25,635 nt of DNA from Anaerolineae bacterium (GTDB lineage: Bacteria; Chloroflexota; Anaerolineae; B4-G1), in NCBI GenBank assembly GCA_035531135.1, contig DATKTN010000224.1, forward strand, positions 1 to 25,635, given 5' to 3'. The translations under genes and the position numbers were made by a program. The notes under the pieces are model-generated. The model was not told the DNA's origin. It saw nothing but the letters and a program-made list of their open reading frames with translations, and searched no databases. Below are positions 23,036 to 25,635 of the stretch, in pieces; positions within the stretch are counted from its first letter, which is position 1; every line of letters begins with the position of its first letter.

Positions 23036-23175
23036 CCCCAAAAGCAGCAATTCCCGTTTTAGCATTATCGTCACGTGGTATAGCTTTGTAGTTGCGACTT
23101 CAGTCGCTGGTTACGCAGAAAGAACGACTGAAGTCGTTACTACGAACTCCATAACGGGAATTGCTGCCCCAAAAG
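23036..23175. mobile_element. MITE-like non-autonomous element (122 bp) flanked by 9-bp direct repeats CCCCAAAAG
   Basis: The 14-bp perfect terminal inverted repeats are CAGCAATTCCCGTT (23045-23058) and AACGGGAATTGCTG (23153-23166). Identical 9-mers CCCCAAAAG at 23036-23044 and 23167-23175 look like target-site duplications. There is an internal nested 19-bp inverted repeat (GTAGTTGCGACTTCAGTCG / CGACTGAAGTCGTTACTAC). The body is visibly AT-richer than its surroundings and has no ORF. Confidence 0.6.
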
Positions 23176-23221
23176 TGACATACACCCGGCGGTGTGGCGG
23201 CGCACGGGGTGGTCACCCGCC

Positions 23222-25309
23222 TCATCTGGAAGGCGCTTCGCCCTCCTGCGCTGATTGGGAACGGCCGCCTTCTGCGTGAGGCGGTTCAACAGTTTCCGCC
23301 TGGGGTTCCTGCGTGTACCGGCACTCTGGGTAGCGCGAGCAGCCCCAGAACGCGCCGCGCTTCCCCTTCCGCTCGACCAGGTCAGCCCCACATGCCGGGC
23401 ACTGGCCCACGACGAGGGGAGCGCTCCACCTGCACCGGGGGAAGCGGGTGCAGGCGCGAAAGCGACCGTACTTGCCCTCCCGCACGACCACCTCCGCGCC
23501 GCACTCGGGGCACGTCTCGCCTGTGGGAACGGCCTGCCCTTTACCCCCCGATACGGTCACCGGTCCGGTCGCCGCGACCCCCTGGGCCTGGGTCACGGCC
23601 GTCGCGAAAGGTCCGTAGAACTCGTGTAAAACCTCCACCCAGGCCCGCTCCCCGCGGGCGATGCGGTCCAGGTCCTCCTCCATCTGCGCCGTGAAGCCGA
23701 CGGCGAACAGGTCGGGGAACTGGGCCACCAGGAAATCGCAGACGACGAAGCCCAGCTCCGTCGCCAGGAGTGACTTTTGCTCGCGCGCCACGTACGCCCG
23801 CCCGACGATGGTGCGCACGATCCCGGCGTAGGTGCTGGGCCGCCCGATGCCCAACTGTTCCAGTTCCTTGATCAGCCCCGCCTCGGTAAAGTGGGGTGGG
23901 GGCTTGGAGAAGTGCTGCTCGGGGAACAGGCCGTGCAGGACCAGTGGCTCCCCGTCGGCCAGCGGCGGCAGCACCTGCCCGGCGGCGCCCTCGTCCTCGG
24001 CCGGCTTCTCGTCCCGGACCTGGTACGCCTTGAGGAAGCCCTCGAAGAGGAGCTCGCGGCCGCTGGCCCGGAAGAGGTAGGGTAGATCCTGCCCGTCCCG
24101 GGCGGTGGCGACGTCGACGGTCGTCACGTTGTACACGGCCGGCTTCATCTGCGACGCGATGAACCGCCGCCAGATGAGCTCGTACAGCTTCGCCTGGTCG
24201 GCGGCCAGGTGTTCCCGCAGCGCGCGGGGCGTGCGGTGAGACGACGTGGGCCGGATCGCCTCGTGGGCCTCCTGGGCCACCCGGGAGCGGGTCTTGTACG
24301 TGGGTGGCCGCTCGGGCAGGTATTCCTCGCCCCAGAAGCCGGCGATGGCCTCCCGGGCCTCGGCCTGGGCCGACTCGGCGACGTGGGTGGAGTCGGTGCG
24401 CATGTAGGTGATCAGCCCGACGGTCCCCTCGCCGGGGAGCTCGACCCCCTCGTAGAGCTGCTGGGCGACCCGCATGGTCTTGTCGGCGCTCCAGCCCAGC
24501 CGGTTGGCCGCGTCCCGCTGGAGCGTGCTCGTGGTGTAGGGTGGGTAGGGCCGGCGGGATTTGCGCTTCCGTTTGACCCGCAGCACGCGGTAGTCGGCCC
24601 CCTCCAGCGCCTCGACGACCGCGTGGGCGTCGGTCTCGGTCTTGAGGTCGGGCCTGTCCTTGCCGATCCGCACCAGCCGGGCGCGGAAGCGGCGATCGTC
24701 GTCCACTTTCGAGAGCTCTGCCTCCAGTGTCCAGTATTCCTCCGGGACGAAAGCCTCGATCTCCCGGTCCCGCTCGACGACCAGGCGCAGCGCGACCGTC
24801 TGCACGCGCCCGGCCGAGAGCCCCTTGCGGCCCCGGACCGCCTTCCAGAGCACGGGGCTGACCTGGTAGCCGACCAGGCGGTCGAGGACGCGCCGGGCCT
24901 GCTGGGCGTCGACCAGGTCCGTGTCGAGGCGGCCGGGGGCGGCGAGCGCGGCCTGCACGGCCTGGGGGGTGATCTCGTGGAAGGTGGCGCGCACGACCGG
25001 CTTGTCCTTGAGCTCCTTGCGCAGCGCCTGGGTCACGTGCCAGGCGATGGCCTCGCCCTCGCGGTCGGGGTCGGTGGCCAGGCACACGGTGGACGCCTCG
25101 CCGGCGGCCTCGCGGAGGTGCTGGACGACCTTGCGGGCCCCCTTGCGGAGGTGGTAGGTGGGCCGGAAGCCGTGCTCGACGTCGACGCCGAGCTTTTTCG
25201 GCGGCAGGTCGCGGATGTGGCCCATCGAGGCGAGCACCCGGTAGCTGCGCCCCAGGAAGCCGCGCAGCGCCTTGGCCTTGGTGGGAGATTCGACGATGAC
25301 CAGATTCAT
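23222..25309 (-). CDS. topA: DNA topoisomerase I
   Basis: The N-terminal TOPRIM domain is present (MNLVIVESPTKAKAL ... VCLATDPDREGEAIAWH). The active-site region is GLITYMRTDSTHVAE. Multiple C-terminal C4 zinc ribbons are present (CPECG ... CTRFPRC, CPACG ... CSRYPEC). Confidence 0.9.
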   Translation of the reverse strand: MNLVIVESPTKAKALRGFLGRSYRVLASMGHIRDLPPKKLGVDVEHGFRPTYHLRKGARKVVQHLREAAGEASTVCLATDPDREGEAIAWHVTQALRKELKDKPVVRATFHEITPQAVQAALAAPGRLDTDLVDAQQARRVLDRLVGYQVSPVLWKAVRGRKGLSAGRVQTVALRLVVERDREIEAFVPEEYWTLEAELSKVDDDRRFRARLVRIGKDRPDLKTETDAHAVVEALEGADYRVLRVKRKRKSRRPYPPYTTSTLQRDAANRLGWSADKTMRVAQQLYEGVELPGEGTVGLITYMRTDSTHVAESAQAEAREAIAGFWGEEYLPERPPTYKTRSRVAQEAHEAIRPTSSHRTPRALREHLAADQAKLYELIWRRFIASQMKPAVYNVTTVDVATARDGQDLPYLFRASGRELLFEGFLKAYQVRDEKPAEDEGAAGQVLPPLADGEPLVLHGLFPEQHFSKPPPHFTEAGLIKELEQLGIGRPSTYAGIVRTIVGRAYVAREQKSLLATELGFVVCDFLVAQFPDLFAVGFTAQMEEDLDRIARGERAWVEVLHEFYGPFATAVTQAQGVAATGPVTVSGGKGQAVPTGETCPECGAEVVVREGKYGRFRACTRFPRCRWSAPLVVGQCPACGADLVERKGKRGAFWGCSRYPECRYTQEPQAETVEPPHAEGGRSQSAQEGEAPSR

Positions 25310-25423
25310 TTTTCGTGCCCTCGTGGTGGTGCACGCATTTTACCACAGGTGGGGGGTTCGGTCGAACGGTCGTGCGGGCACACCGCCGATCGAAGTGTGG
25401 CCATCTGGGAGTGAGGAATGGGA

Positions 25424-25485
25424 CGCAGATTCGCGCAGATTGACGCTGAACTTTCTCTATCTGCGAAAATCTGCGAAAATCTGTG
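25424..25485. promoter_or_regulatory. 10-bp-periodic repeat array upstream of topA: CGCAGATT x2 (25424-25441), then ATCTGCGAAA x2 plus a partial copy (25459-25485) in inverted orientation
   Basis: Read directly from the sequence. The core 7-mer ATCTGCG/CGCAGAT occurs four times. The helical-turn periodicity suggests a transcription-factor binding array in the topA promoter region. Confidence 0.45.
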
Positions 25486-25523
25486 TCCAGGCCAAGTTCG
25501 TCAGCCAATCAGCCGGGTGGAGG

Positions 25524-25552
25524 TTGACTTTTGCGCAAGGTTGTAGTATACT
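25524..25552 (+). promoter_or_regulatory. Strong sigma70-type promoter TTGACT-17-TATACT pointing out of the window
   Basis: The -35 is at 25524-25529 and the -10 at 25547-25552. The transcribed product lies beyond the window end. Confidence 0.5.
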
Positions 25553-25635
25553 AGAAACGTCCCTGAACAACGCAGCAAGACAACAAGCGTCTCGAGGTCC
25601 ACCCACCTTGAGGCAGTGGCCAAGGCGCGGGGACG

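Noticed and set aside
23037-23172. Large nested palindrome interpreted as a structured ncRNA or cruciform only
   Set aside because: The exact 9-bp direct repeats flanking perfect 14-bp terminal inverted repeats are better explained by a transposition footprint (MITE). An RNA role cannot be excluded.
22632-23279. 215-aa plus-strand ORF
   Set aside because: It runs through tRNA-Leu, its rho-independent terminator and the MITE-like element. It has implausible composition and no RBS.
25341-25360. DnaA-box-like TTTTACCACA / palindrome CCACAGGTGG upstream of topA
   Set aside because: There is a single degenerate match to TTATCCACA with no cluster of boxes and no AT-rich unwinding element. This is insufficient for an origin call.
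23541-25508. 655-aa minus-strand ORF overlapping topA in another frame, and 401-aa plus-strand ORF at 24209-25414
   Set aside because: The topA frame (23222-25309) carries TOPRIM, active-site Tyr and zinc-ribbon motifs. The overlapping frames are R/G/P-rich and extend through the promoter region.

Overview
The window is GC-rich bacterial chromosomal DNA. Near-consensus sigma70-type promoters, Glu/Val-rich lipoprotein linkers and terminator hairpins with weak T-tracts point tentatively to a Chloroflexota-like or other high-GC organism. Most of it looks like core chromosome.

Gene content, in order:
- 54-10166: a plus-strand sugar-utilisation locus. It encodes a ROK-family regulator, a ROK-family kinase, a PIG-L/LmbE-family deacetylase, a CUT1-type ABC substrate-binding lipoprotein and two permeases. 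The last gene is an 849-aa protein with GH25-like, three SH3b-like and GH-A-clan TIM-barrel domains and no signal peptide.
- 10336-10584: a tRNA-Thr(UGU)-tRNA-Tyr(GUA) pair behind a consensus promoter.
- 10933-12993: a minus-strand isoprenoid operon, type-2 IPP isomerase (fni) followed by a polyprenyl synthetase.
- 13154-15511: an orphan acpP, a small Cys-rich conserved protein, and a secreted GH-A-clan hydrolase with a Pro-rich linker.
- 15604-20004: four plus-strand membrane-associated genes. They encode a DUF2207-type protein, a two-TM protein with a C-terminal zinc ribbon, a helical hypothetical protein, and an SPFH/Band-7 (COG4260-like) protein with a SHOCT tail.
- 20152-25309, minus strand: a NERD-domain membrane protein translationally coupled to plsX, a YjbQ-family protein and topA. 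tRNA-Leu(GAG) sits on the plus strand at 22662-22745.

Non-coding features worth attention:
- A 122-bp MITE-like element with 14-bp perfect terminal inverted repeats and 9-bp target-site duplications, next to tRNA-Leu.
- A roughly 150-bp structured segment tandemly duplicated just after the DUF2207 gene.
- Several perfect palindromes at promoters: the acpP/fni divergent region, the plsX upstream region and the yjbQ leader.
- A triple GGTGCCWGGCACC motif between convergent genes.
- 10-bp-periodic repeats upstream of topA.

No CRISPR array and no rRNA were seen. All functional calls rest on motif-level recognition of the translated ORFs; no database search was possible.
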